NCBI GenBank assembly: GCA_037447605.1
Contig: CM074805.1
Span: 1,459,361-1,523,360, forward strand
Direction of reading: 5' to 3'
Length of the DNA stretch: 64,000 nt
From: Zygnema circumcarinatum SAG 698-1b
Taxonomy: Eukaryota > Plantae > Zygnematophyceae
The position numbers and the translations under genes were made by a program. The notes under the pieces are model-generated. The model made no database searches, had not been told where the DNA came from, and saw nothing but the letters and a program-made list of their open reading frames with translations. Shown piece after piece: positions 15,141 through 36,901 of this stretch. The stretch's first letter is position 1; each line of letters opens with the position of its first letter.

Positions 15141-15529
15141 GCTTCTTCTTTGAGTGAGGACCCCATCTACGGCTAGCCTTGGGCAGTACCTCGGATGGTG
15201 CCGGCGCCAAATATGCATCATCTGCCATGGGGCCCATATCGGGGTGCTAGGCTGCCTACACTTGTGTCGTGAGGTAGTGAGTAAGAGGGACCTTAAGTGG
15301 TGGGAGAACTTCATTATGGGAAGACATTTTTATTATAAGGAGTTTTTGAGCCGCGAGCTTTCTCCTAACACTCTCTCTTTGTGAATTCCGTTTCGCTTAT
15401 CTTGAAGCTTCATTCTGTAGTTATGGGCGATGAGTGAAGTGAGGTAGAGCTTTGAGAGTTGAATGTCTTCATCGGTGGGAACTCAAGTTCCAATGGAGGG
15501 TGACATGCAAGGTGGCACCAGAAGTGGGG

Positions 15530-16989
15530 AGCAGAACCCTGCTTCAACAACGTGGTGGTTGGAGCAGTTGCCAGCTGGTAGAAAGACCATAGGATGTAAA
15601 TGGGTCTTTAAAATTAAAAGGAAATCTGACAGGAGTATTGACAAGTACAAGGCCAGATTGGTAGCAAAGGGGTACAGTCAGCAGTATGGACTCGACTACT
15701 CAAAAACCTTTGCTCCAATCGTCAAGTTCAATTCCTTAAGATCTCTAATCTCCATTGTAGCATCTGAGGACATGCACGTGTACCAACTAGATATTAAGAC
15801 CGCCTTCTTGTATGGCGATCTAGAGGAGGAAATCTATATGGACCAACCTGAAAAAACGGTCAAGCCAAGCAAGGACAAACTCGTGTGCAGGTTGGTGACG
15901 AGCCTGTACGGCCTGAAGCAGGCGCCTAGAATTTGGTATGAGAAAATTGACAATCTTTTGCAAGTTTCGATTTGAACCAGATTCGAAACAGATCACTCTG
16001 TCTATAGGAAGGGAGCAGGAGACGAGATGGTGTATATTGGCGTATACATGGACAAATGAGCAAATCAATGACGAGCATTCAAGATCTCAAAGATCTCATG
16101 GAGACGAATTTCTAGATGTCTGATCTTGGGGAGGCTGAGCATTTATTAAGGATTTAGCTTAAGCGGGGGGGCCGACGGAAGCCTATTTATGAGTGCGGAG
16201 AAATATGCCCAGGATATTCTTGCAAAATCCTGCATGCAGGATTGTGTTCCTACTACCAGCCCCATGGATCCGAATGTATAGCTCTCAAAGGAGATGGGGC
16301 CTCAGATCGCGGCGGAGACCAAGGCAATGACCAACATTCCGTACAAGTCAGTCATTGATAGCCTAATGTATTTGATGGTAGGTACTAGGCCGGATTTAGC
16401 CAAAGCAATTAGTATAATATCAAAGTACATGCAAAATCCAGGACAATAACGCCGGGAGGCGGTAAAGCGAATCTTGCGATATGTAAAAACGACAATAGGA
16501 TTGGGGATAAAGTTTGAGAAAGGGTACAATAGCCAAGTGTATGGATACACAAACGCTGATTGGGGAGGAGATCTTAATACGGCAAAACCAACATCAGGGT
16601 GCATGTTCATTAACTGTTGCGGATCTTTGACCTAGAGCTCAAAACTCCAAGACACGGTGGTGCTGTCAAGTACAGAGGCTGAATATATCGCAGCCTGCTA
16701 CGCCACTAATGAGGCGATCTAGTTATAAAGAATGCAAGAGACTGCAGAATCAAATCGAATTGCTAACCGACAACAAAACTTCAATCCCCTTGTTGAGAAT
16801 CTTATTTTTCAAAAGCAATCTAAACACATCAAGATCCAGTATCACTATGTCTGTGAACATGTGGAAGTCGGCCGTGTGTCTGTCTATTTTGTTAGTACTT
16901 TGGAGCAGGCTGCCGACATGTTAACTAAAGTGGTTAACGGTGAGATTCTCTGGACCAACTGGTGCTTAGTTGGGATTAGGCCTCTCTAA
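15530..16989 (+). mobile_element. Second Ty1/Copia RT-RNase H remnant, degenerate, opposite orientation
   Basis: GCKWVFKIK...KARLVAKGYSQQYGLDY..TFAPIVK...LDIKTAFLYG...LYGLKQAPRIW; KHIKIQYH...ADMLTK; multiple stops and frameshifts. Confidence 0.93.
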
Positions 16990-17339
16990 CCAGACAAATC
17001 CCAAGAGGAGGAATATCGGTGTATGGATCTCTGTACCAATATTATGGGATTTAGTCAAGATGTACTAATGTACGGTCAAGTGAAATAAATAGTATGCTTA
17101 TTGTTTGGCGAGTATTACAGGATTCCATCGGTTGGCTGCACCAATCTAGGACTGCCATGTGGCAATTAGGGTTACAGGCTTGCTGGAGGATGGAGGCAGG
17201 AGGTTGGGACTGCAAGGAGGCAGTGCAGGAATGACGAGCTCCCAAGCTCACGGGGTAGCGGACATGGCTAGCCGAGCAGCCAGTGAGTACAAGACAAAGG
17301 CTAGGGTGGGAGCCAAGGCAAGCATTGGGGCGAGCATAT

Positions 17340-17760
17340 TCTTTGACGTTTATCGACAAAAAGACCCCTACATGCTTCACTTGCGGGAAGCCTGACCATC
17401 TATCAACAAACGACCCGAGAGGTTGGAAGAGCCTTCCAATAAAGACGAAATCAACAAGAGGTCTACCTTTTAAGGGACCTGCTTCAAGTGCGGCAAGAAA
17501 GGACACAAATCCATTGTTTGCCGAGGCGGCGCTACCGAGACAAACCTTATGATGAGGTTGGGCGTATGCAGTAGTTTTGAACGAGTAGAGTATGTAGGAT
17601 TAGTTTGAGAGACTGTGGCTTCACTTCCACAACCCCTTGACTCTTGTGCTTCTAAGCGCATGTGCTTGGAAGAAGCCTCCTTCATAAAATTGAGGACATT
17701 GGAAGAGAATAGCATAGACATTGTCGTGCTGGAGAATCTAATAGAGGAGGACGACAAGAG
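17340..17760 (+). mobile_element. Retrotransposon gag zinc-knuckle and Copia-type protease remnants
   Basis: CFTCGKPDH and CFKCGKKGHKSIVC (CCHC knuckles), then LDSCASKRMC (Copia protease DSGA-like motif). Confidence 0.75.
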
Positions 17761-17921
17761 TTTTGAGGAGGAAATTGGGCTGAGGACGAATTTTGAAAGA
17801 ACTTATGAAGCGAACGGTGGAGATTCACCGATCCCAAGAGGAGCGCCTGCTGACTTTGAACCCACAGTGGAGATGAACTGACTGGAGGCGACTATTGATC
17901 ACACGGATCTTACACTATATG

Positions 17922-18106
17922 TGTAGTGAAACGCTATACATGTATTATACGGCCTAGTACTTACATCCGCGGTTGCTTTTTAATGGTAAAGCACATAGGT
18001 GGATACCGAGAGGTCCTGGAATTGAACCCTCCTGAGGGCAGTATGAACTTTGTTGAAGGCAGTATAAACTTTGTTGAGGGCAGGTTATGACATTGGTATC
18101 AAAGCC
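17922..18106 (+). mobile_element. Short 5' LTR (17922-18092) with tRNA-like insert, followed by a tRNA-iMet-type PBS
   Basis: Starts TGTAGTGAAACGCTA and ends ...TGACA, then TGGTATCAAAGCC (one mismatch to the canonical TGGTATCAGAGC). tRNA-spaced sequence at 17966-18040; 21-bp tandem duplication at 18034-18075. Confidence 0.7.
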
Positions 18107-18169
18107 TAAGGACCAGTATTTATGATCCACCCCAAAAATACCGTGATCTCTGAGCATGATACGAGTTGC

Positions 18170-18620
18170 TCAGTGCCTTAAAGTATGAAGGACATCGCCC
18201 ATGATGACGATTTGCTTTTCTTTCCTTCATGGGTCTCAAGCTCTACGGATCCTCCTTGAGTGTCATGCATTCCTTCACTCCTCTTATTGCAGCGTAGACA
18301 GAACGTGTAATTTTCAACGTCTTTAGTTCTGCAAAAGAGAATTCTTTCGAGTACATACGCTTGGAAGCACACCCCAATCAATTAGCCATGGGACATCATG
18401 CTTCTTGTCTCGAACCCTTCCCATGAACTCTGCCTTCTCAAAGGCAATGCGTGCGCACTTTTTTCATCATGAGGATTGTCTCCTTTAGCACCGCCACGAC
18501 AAACTGCCGACTTGTGACCCTTCTTGCTGCACTTGAAGCAAGTCCTACTGAAAGTAGACTTCTTCTTGCTTGGACTTTTTCTTGCTTGGTTCTTTATTGG
18601 AAGCCTCTTACTTCTTCATA
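18170..18620 (-). mobile_element. Copia gag knuckle + protease remnant, inverted relative of 17400-17760
   Basis: The reverse strand reads KSTFSRTCFKCSKKGHKSAVCRGG, then WLID.G-like protease sequence with frameshifts. Confidence 0.7.
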
Positions 18621-19880
18621 GGTCGTTCCTTGTTTTAGAAGTAATCTGTCAAAAGAGTTAGACAAAGCATATTAATGTGTAGATATTTATTCGTCAGACA
18701 TATTCTTTGTAATAATCCCTATTATTATTAATGGAGTTTTAGGCTTAGAGCTTTCTCCAAAAGTTTTGCAATGTATGTTATGTTCCTTTGCATGTTCTTC
18801 ATTTTGAAATGTCTATTGCTTCAAGTGAGGGAACATTTGTTGGGGGATCTAACTCTAACAAGTAGGAATTAAGGGAGTTAGTTAGAAGGGAGTTAGTCCG
18901 AGTAGAAGTGGAAGTATGAGGGTTTGACGTTAATGTTTGTTTCTCTTCATACTTTATTAAGGAGTTTTGAGGCCGGTGGTGCTTTCTCCTTACTTATTTT
19001 CTTTCGGTGTTTGCTTGTTTGAGTACATCTGCTTTTTAGTGTGTGCACTTGAGGGGTTGTCTTGATTCAGACTTGCAAGCGTATGAGAGAGTGAGAGTAG
19101 TAAGAAAGACCAAGCCACAATTGTCAACACTCTCCTTGGCTGCAAAACCAATCTTCTCTACGACATCCCCCATCAAGTCGATCACTTCCAAAACATATGT
19201 GTTTATATAGGAAGGTGTGTCATATATAGGAAGGTGTGTCAACACCGCTGCCGCCAGTGATTGAGGATTTTAACTTTATATTGGTACAATAATATACAAA
19301 TTTTTTGGGGGTTTTGCTTTGCAACAATCACATAGTGATATAACACATCTCAGAATTCAAAAGATGACTTCCTAACACATGTGTGGCCTAAGAGTAAAAA
19401 GTGCGTGTAAAAGTTAGAACCGTTGGCTTGGCGACTCATGAAATTACTTGCAACACGAGAGTGAACGACAGAGGAAGATAACTAGAGGCTGGCTATCCTC
19501 CCGCTGCTGCAAGAGAGAGCACACACCGAAAGCCTCACCCACTCAGCGCCGTACACGCCCCGCCCTTCACATCCCTCACACGCCTCACTCCCAAGACAAA
19601 GCAATCGCTTACCTCGCACCCCTCGAGCTCTCTCTTTCCGCCACCTTCCATTCCCGTCCTCCGCCCGAGCGTTCCCTCTCGCCGCCATGGCCAGCGCCTT
19701 CCGGCCATCGGATCTATGTCATTCGCACCGTTCAAATTGCTTCCCCCATGCGCTGTGCCGATACCGCCCCTCCCCTGTGCGCGAATGCGGCCATCCAGAC
19801 CGTCGCGTGCAGGGGCAGCCTCGGTAAGGGAATCTGGTGCCGTACTGACCCATTCGTACAGTGGTGTATGGTGCGCTGTA

Positions 19881-20071
19881 CAGTAGACCCCCCCAATATT
19901 TTCGCCATGGTTTCGGCAAATATTGGGCGAAAATATTGGGTAGCGAAAATATAAGGGTGCGTGTTAACAATAGGCGGGCAGTATTATGTTAAAAAGTGGT
20001 TTTGGCAAATTCAGGGCGAAAATATTGGGGAGCGAAAATAAGAGGGGCGAAAATATTGGGGGGGTCTACTG
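19881..20071. mobile_element. Tc1/mariner(pogo)-type MITE, 191 bp
   Basis: Perfect 26-bp TIR CAGTAGACCCCCCCAATATTTTCGCC, TA TSD (19879-80 / 20072-73), internal repeats of GCGAAAATA. Confidence 0.93.
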
Positions 20072-20244
20072 TACTGTACAGTACTGTACTGTAATGACCA
20101 TCCAGCCGTACCGTACGGCTCGGTGCTTTGACCGCACAGACCGTACAGTGACTGCCTTTCGTCGGAGCGTTGCGTGGCGGTCAACGCGGTCAACGGCGGC
20201 TCCTGGTCGCCCCTCCCTCCCTCCCTCCCTTTCGCCGGGAGGCC

Positions 20245-20250
20245 TATAAA
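20245..20250 (+). promoter_or_regulatory. Candidate TATA box of the CDPK-like gene
   Basis: CCTATAAA, about 90 bp upstream of ATG 20339 in a GC-rich context. Confidence 0.45.
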
Positions 20251-20338
20251 GGAGGGAGGAGGCCTGGGAAGGTGAGGTGGAGGCTGCGACTCTTGGAAGA
20301 GAGGGGGTGGGGAGGCAGGGTGTGTTGCAGACTGAGCA

Positions 20339-25576
<5,238 letters not shown>

Positions 25577-26756
25577 TGACCGGTTCGATATTAAGTAAGG
25601 GGTTTCAGAGGTGCCTTTTCAGCAAAACCGTCACATAGCTTGTACACTATGTACATCATGTATATAACGTACAGAAATTGCCTTTTGTTTAAGCGTTTTG
25701 TAAAGTGAACATTTCCCATTTGAGTTAATAAAAAGCCGCTTCCTGTTCAGCTGCATAGGGACAGCGGGTGCTTTTGAGCTAGATACTCGGTCTTTCTCTC
25801 AGATCAAGGTTCAATCACAGCTTCTGCACCTTCCTGTTGACTAAGGCTGCGACTGGTGCCTTATCAGATGGCAATGGACAGCCTCTAGCCATTGGGCCTG
25901 GGTAACATTGACATGCATTGGCCAAAATGGGCGGACGAGTCCAAAGCTGGTAGCCCCTCCCTCACTTGTGGGATTAGAGGGTTTCGGGATCAGGGTTTTG
26001 CAACTGAAAGGTTTTGGTCCATTGGTGTGTTCGGGTGCGAGTGCGAGTGATGATGATGAGACGTCGTGGCATGAAATTGGCAGTTTGGAGAGAGACCGCC
26101 ACATATGAAGCCCAGGAACTGGGTGACCTCAACAACTACTTCCTGCAGTAATCAGCTCACTGCAGGACACTAGAACTGTCACAGTCACAATCAGACATCA
26201 AGGAACGACTCCGGAACAGGCAAAGTTTTTCAGACCAAACAAGATTCGTGAACACTCGGCCTTCCATATTAACGCCACCTCTTCAGCACACCATGAATTC
26301 AATGGAGTCGTTAACTTAAGCGCCTGCCCGCCTGCTAAAGCGCCCTAACATAGAATTCCGTGCCTGCCATTTCGTACAAGCCGGACATCTTTTTGCAAGG
26401 CCCAGGGCGCCTATTGGGACCACTGCAGCAGTGGGCCCACCCTGCTTGCTATCTCCGACCTCCTGAAATTGATTACAGACTCCGCCAGGGGACAACTGTT
26501 TGATCAAATACAAAATAACTTAGCCCAAGGAAAAGGTTCTATGACACCAAAGGCAATATCCAGTACTAGGAGTGCTAAGCCCACTCCTCCGGCTGTTGAA
26601 GGAGGAGAGAGGGCATAGGAAGACTTACACCAAACCAAAACTGCTTTACAACCGTGAAAAGTCTTCCGATTGCACTGACATCATAAACAGGTCGTAGCAC
26701 TCTGTTAAGATGAGCCGTGAGAGAGAAAAGGAGATAAATACAATCAATGGCCACCC

Positions 26757-29700
26757 TCAGCTCCTCCGGCCTCCAAGTGATGAAGGATGTGAGCCCTCCC
26801 CCCTGCCTGTTAGATCAGCCTCCTCGTCTTCAAGCGCTATGTCATCCATGGTGTCATGCAGGTCTCCCTGAAGGTCAGAAGCTCCTCCATGAACCTCCTC
26901 CTCCATACCTGCTGCATCCGACCCAGGCTCCATTTTGACATCTGTTACATGATGTTGACTTCCCACGTTCTCCGATGTTGCTGCCATTGCAATAGGCATC
27001 AAGCATAGCCCCTTGCTCTGGAGATACTGCATAGCACTGCCCATGTCGGTCTCCAGAAGAAGGGCGACCTGCCAGAAGTTACCAAAGACCAGAATCGCCA
27101 TCGAAAGAGATGAGTATTTAAATAAGAAAAAGAAAGATGAAGAGCAGCTACTACCGAGACCTACAATCTCACCTACACGTTCAGAGCCCCAATATAGTCA
27201 CGTCACATATCATCTCTGGCGAACTGCTAGTATAAAGCAGTGTCCTATGCAACCTGGCTTCAGAGTTCGCTTAACTTTCACACCAAACCAACCAATAGAA
27301 CACGGGACAGGGTAAAGACTGTCATGTCTAGCTCGGGAACGAGGGTTTGTAAAAAACCTGTCGTTCCGTATGCTTCATTTCTGCGTCAGTCATTCCTCCA
27401 ACCAACTGCTCACCATCGACAAAGTTCTGAAAAAAACTCCCAGGCGTAATACGATTCAGATAAATACTTTTGTCATTTGAAATGACGAAAAGGTAAGGAA
27501 ACGCAAAACTTTAGAGCCTACAATGACCACAAGCATACGTTTAATTCTCCTTTTTTCATGGAATGCATTCTCACCTCCTTTTCTAACTCTTCCATGAGCT
27601 GCTTCACTGCTTCTGCTGCCGCACCGTTCAACCGGCTTATGCTCAGGACCTGAATTTTCTCGATGCCAACTTCCATCACAGTTCAGCTTGAAAATTGAAA
27701 TTGGCAAGTGCAGGGCTCACCAAAAGCATAAAAGTGCGGATGGGGCTCGGAAAAGGGAAAGCGTAAAGACAGGTCTCCTTTTGAATTTTCCTGGATCTGT
27801 AAATCTAACTAGTAACAGAAGTGTGTCTGCCAGGGTACAAGGCTGAAAGAACGCACCTTAACCTGAAGCTGAAGGAAGCGTACATACTCAATAATCTCAT
27901 CCAGCATTGATGCCTTGTCAACACGAGTTGAGTTCGGTACAAGTTCTTGAAGTGACTTCATACGCTCTGCAATTCGTTCCCTCCGTAACTGCAACAGACA
28001 TCCGCCAAAAGTCAGGCCCTTCTATCAAGGGAGGCAGAGCCCATCGCCTCACTGGTCTGCTCCCAAAAGTGAATAACCCATAACAAACCCAGAAGCGCAT
28101 GCAACGCCAAAAATCAATCCAAGATAGGCGAAGGATGCCCTGCCATTCATAGCTTAAACAGGCCTTCTCCACATCTTCTTCCCATTCAGGCTCGTCCTTT
28201 TCTGCTGCCCTCCTATACCATCACAGCACTCACCTACCCTCTCCTTACCCTTTCTGCTATGCTGTGAGGATCGGTCGCCTGCCCTCTCCGTGCCCTTTGC
28301 TTTGACCTTCCCGGTGCGGCCCCACTCGGAGGGGGAGCTGGCGGGGCAGCACTGGAGGACTGGGGACCCGAGGGAGAGGATGCAAAGGCTTGTGAAGATG
28401 CTAGAGAGGGTGATGCCCCTGCAGGCTGCTGCACATGACATTTTTGGGGTTTCAGGAACAAAGAACCCATCACAATAGAGGAGATACACGGTACTATCCA
28501 AGTTGGACCAAACATGGGGGTTTGGTAGATAGTTGTTTGGGCAGGTTGGGGTTTGTCAAAAGAAAGAGCTCCTAGTATGAGGGCAATGTCAACCTCCAGT
28601 CCAGAACAAGGTACAGGAGACAGTAGTTTGCAAAAGTAAGGGTGTCTGCTCATGGGTGGTATGAAGGAACATAACAAACAGATCTATTGGAAGTAAAGGA
28701 GCATTAGAGTGTCCAAGGGATTCACCAAGAGGATTCATAAAGTGGGTCTTATGCTGAGTTAAATGCAACTGTCAGATCGCCTTACTTTGAACAAATTCGC
28801 ACTCATTCCTCTATGACGGAAGGACATGCTAAATAAGTCAAACCTTGAAAATGTTTAGGTAGAAACAGCCAGGAAACTCGATACTCACCGGAAGGCCATG
28901 GACCACCCCTGGATATGGCTGTCGCCATTGTGGTGCTTGCGGTGGATTGATGCTCAAAGGCCCTTTTTTTGAAAGAACGCTGCCAGTCTCGTCCTTCACC
29001 TGTCCTTGTCCAATATCGGGAGAAACACCTCGTGAGCTGCCAACGTCCCCTTCTGCCCCTCCCACTGTTCCTGATGAAGTTGCGAGAACAGCCGTTGGTG
29101 CACTGTGCGAACGCAAAAGTGAGGCAGCTCCCAATCCTTGATTTCCCCCTCCATGCTGGGCATTTTGTTCCTGTTGCTGATGGTGGTGCATTAAGCGAAG
29201 AAGAGAGGCTTGATCAAATTGGCCACCTGGCAATCCCCCCACTACGGGAGGGGGTAGGGCTGACATGCTGCTCAAGTTGGCAGCTACATTTGTCAAACCT
29301 GCAGTGGCCAGAATCTGCTGGCCCAGGCTGCCCCGCTGCCATAGACCCGGCAACCCATCCACCCATCCTAGTATGACTTCAGCTCCATTAAAAAAGTCAC
29401 CTTTCAAAGTTTTTGTACTCTTCGTTGCAGAATTTTTGCAGCAACTAGGAACCTTGAAGTCTGACTTGACCAAGGCAAAATTCAACAATCCATACATACA
29501 AATGCAAAGGTTTCCCTTAGAGGCTTCACTCTTGAGCAAGTTCTTAAAAACAGAAAAAATCGAAATGACGGAAGCCGAATGCTAGCAGAACAGCGTTGCA
29601 ATGCTGTTGTGATAATCAGCTTCGCAGCGGAAGTAGACACTCTTGAAAGAAGAGTCAGCAAACTGATAAAAACGAAAACCACTGAACTCAACTCTTCAAC

Positions 29701-30538
29701 TCTCGTTTGCCGTCAACTCTCGTTCGTCAAGGTACCAAGCAGGAAAGGTGAAGTTGGGTTGAATAAAGGCTTAATTGCGGAACCTAAAGCGGAAGATTTG
29801 ATGTACACAGAACCTGTTGTGAAACAAGATGTATCTCTATTTTATCGGTGTGACTTCAAACTTTGTCCTTGCTTAGTTTTGGGTAAAGTAAATGGCAAGG
29901 AAGCGGTGTTTCCGAGAGATTATTTGTCCATTTTCCCGTTCAAAAATACGAGTGTTACGAACATCCACTTCAATAAACAAGTCATGGAAGAGATCACTTC
30001 TGGTATGAACAAACGTACACCGAGGTCCAGACTTCGCCTAAAGGCGAATAAAGCGGGGAGTGACTGCCACTTATCAGGGTAAATACAATGAAAAAAGGCC
30101 ATACGTGAAAAATATTTCTAGAACCAAAAATCAGTAAAGAAGATGATGCGAGAACAGAGCTTTTTATTCCCGAACGCCAGTGCTAATAAGTTCAGCGTTA
30201 CCATTCCTGCTGCGGCTATTGTCTCGCTGCACAGTTAGCTCCTTTCTGAGTAGACGATCAACTGGAACCTTTCCAAACATCCGAAGGGATCTGTTACGGG
30301 ATCACTCTTCCAACATACAATTCAGCCATAAAAAGCTCCGAAGGCAGTTCAATCAGATGTCGCGGCGATGGTTATTTGGATATCCTTCCTTCTGCTCGAA
30401 TCGGCGGGTGGTCTACAAAACTACGAAAAGCCTCAAACTCCTGTTGATATGCGCAGCGATTCTCACCTTGAGCGCAGCAGCCCCTGATGATGGTCCGGCC
30501 TCCCAACTGTCGCGTTCAGGCTCAGACGGCTGCGCCAT
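26757..30538 (-). CDS. LRL: LRL-class (ROOTHAIRLESS-like, bHLH subfamily XI) transcription factor
   Basis: [16 protein letters not shown]|[44 protein letters not shown]|VLSISRL, plus the LRL domain [29 protein letters not shown]. Solid exons: 28889-?, 28249-28428, 27857-27988, 27575-27649, 26757-27068. The first exon 30467-30538 (MAQPSEPE...) and the acceptor of exon 2 are tentative. Confidence 0.9.
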
Positions 30539-30580
30539 CTCCGGCCAACCCCAACAGATGCTGCCGGAAATTGGCCTTCA

Positions 30581-30585
<5 letters not shown>

Positions 30586-30650
<65 letters not shown>

Positions 30651-30657
30651 GAGAGAA
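30586..30657. repeat. (GA)n microsatellite, probably in the 5' UTR of the LRL gene
   Basis: Direct reading; lies just upstream of the tentative ATG on the minus strand. Confidence 0.95.
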
Positions 30658-31908
30658 AGACGGGTGAGGCGGGGAGGCGGTTGAAGCCGGGCTTCCACGC
30701 GGCACGCGCGCGCCTATGGGTGCAGATGGATGGCTATGTGTCCCATGGGGAGTGAATGGATGGATAGTCAAATTTTGGTCAAATTTTGTCTAAGTACTTG
30801 TTGCGAAGCAGTGCGTGCGTGCACAGGACCGCAAGTGCCGCGGGTTCAACAAGCCCTTGCGCGGCCGCGTTGACCCTCAACTAAACAAGGAAGAATTTCC
30901 CTCTCCCACTCTCTTCACCATCTACTTTTACATTCTCTTCCTTCTTCAATGGCTGATGGGGTTCTTCCTCGCTCACTCCCCCCCTCTGGAGAAGGGCGAG
31001 AAATGCTCTAGTGGGGCGGCTCCAAAGGCCTTCACTTCGAGGCGGAAGGGCCGGATCCTCCCCTACGCATCATGGGGCAGGAAGGGGGCACAGTTTTTTC
31101 AAGTTCTTCTCCCACCCTGTTGCTGGGTCAAACTGAATGTAGGAATGCGGGTGAATGATGAGCGGCCTCTAGCTTTTGCCACATATCGATTGCATTGTTT
31201 GGCAGCAAATTCTCTCTCAAGGTCGCAGTGCAAATTCCGAAAACGGAATGTCACCTTCAATGTGCGGCTCGTCTAGTTGAGTCCCCTCGCTGCTTTGGGC
31301 AAAGTCCCTGCACTGTTCGAATTGGGTACTTTCCTCTTCATTCTATTGTTACAAATACAGTGGACTTTTATCACAATCAAATCCAAGAAAACACACCTAC
31401 ATCCTTTAAAAAAAAAGCACGAGCCATCATGCATTGCCAAATTCTGCGAAAGCAAGATAAGCAAGACAACAAACGACGAAGTTTAAAGGTCTGAAAAGGA
31501 AATACTTTGAACTTCAGGGTCCGTCAAACAAAAATTCGTTGTCACCTCTTCCCAATAAGAGAGAGGGTGGTATTTCATTCAAAGGAGGTTTATTTGCGCG
31601 GCATCTTCTGACTGCGTGCTTCTCTTCCACTTTCCTGAGAAGGTGCCACACACTCACAAAGGAACCAATATGCACATACCTTCTAGAAGAAATTTCCTGT
31701 CAAAACAAACCTCCTGTCCTAGGATCCCAATCATGTGTCACATTCCTCTTAGGAATGTGACGATTGCAAAGGAGGGGCATGCCTATGTTGGTTAGAGCAT
31801 AGTGTAAAACGCCAGTAGGGGGGTGCAATCCTCACTAAAAGGATCCCCTATGTCCCGAGCAGTCGTATCCGGAAAGCTCCCAAAGCTCCCTTAGGCGCGG
31901 TCAGTCTG

Positions 31909-36043
<4,135 letters not shown>

Positions 36044-36853
36044 GCAATGCAGAACTGAACCAAGAAAATTACAGTTCAACATTGGTGAGCACATCTGCTT
36101 CCTGTAAACCTTACAATGTCTCCTTCTCAAAATGCTTCAAACGCTAGCTCACTTCCTTTTCCTCTCTCTCTCTCTCCAGCCTCCACTCTCTCCCTCCCTC
36201 TCCCTCCCTCTCCCTCCCTCTCCCCATTATCCTTGCCTAGAGTCCCCTTTCTTCTGTACGGTCCGTACAGGCCTCCCTCCGGTCCCTGCAGGCCTCCCTC
36301 CGGTCCCTGCGTCCTCCCCCTAAGTCTGAGGATCGCCGTCGATCTCCCTCCCATCGGACGGCCTCCACCGCGCCAGCCCTCCTCATTTTCCGTAATGGCA
36401 TGTGTCCGGATTCCCAGTTTGTGGTGCCGCTATCGAGCCAGCTCAGCGTCGTTAGGAGCACACCAAAACGGTCCCTACCTTAAATGGTCAACGAACGCAG
36501 AAAGTCAAACATACTGTCCATTTTTGCTGACGTAGCTCAACTTTGCTGATGTCATTTCACGCGTGCGGAAGGTTTTGAATTGTTTGGAGACGGGGGAAGT
36601 GGGAGACGGGGGAGGTTGAATGGACGAACCTCTCCAAATTTGGGTTTCTCCGTCGTACCCGAAAAGGAAAATGGGAGGAAGTGGCAATGATCTCACAATG
36701 GCGAGGCCATCGAAATGTACATGGACGAAGTTAGCATGGGGGACCACGAAGAACTGGTCGCAATGGACCCGAGGACAAAAGAAAAAAGCTAGGAGCGGAA
36801 AACGGAGGAAAATGGAGTACACTGACGAAACCTGAATTGCCAAGTCACACACC

Positions 36854-36901
36854 CACGTGGCTCCGGGTCCGGTTGCTGGGCGCTTTACGAGGCGCCACGT
36901 G
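36854..36901. promoter_or_regulatory. Paired G-box/ABRE-like CCACGTGG sites upstream of the canonical CDPK
   Basis: CACGTG at 36854-36859 and 36896-36901, both in a CCACGTGG context, about 0.8 kb upstream of the ATG. Motif match only. Confidence 0.35.
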
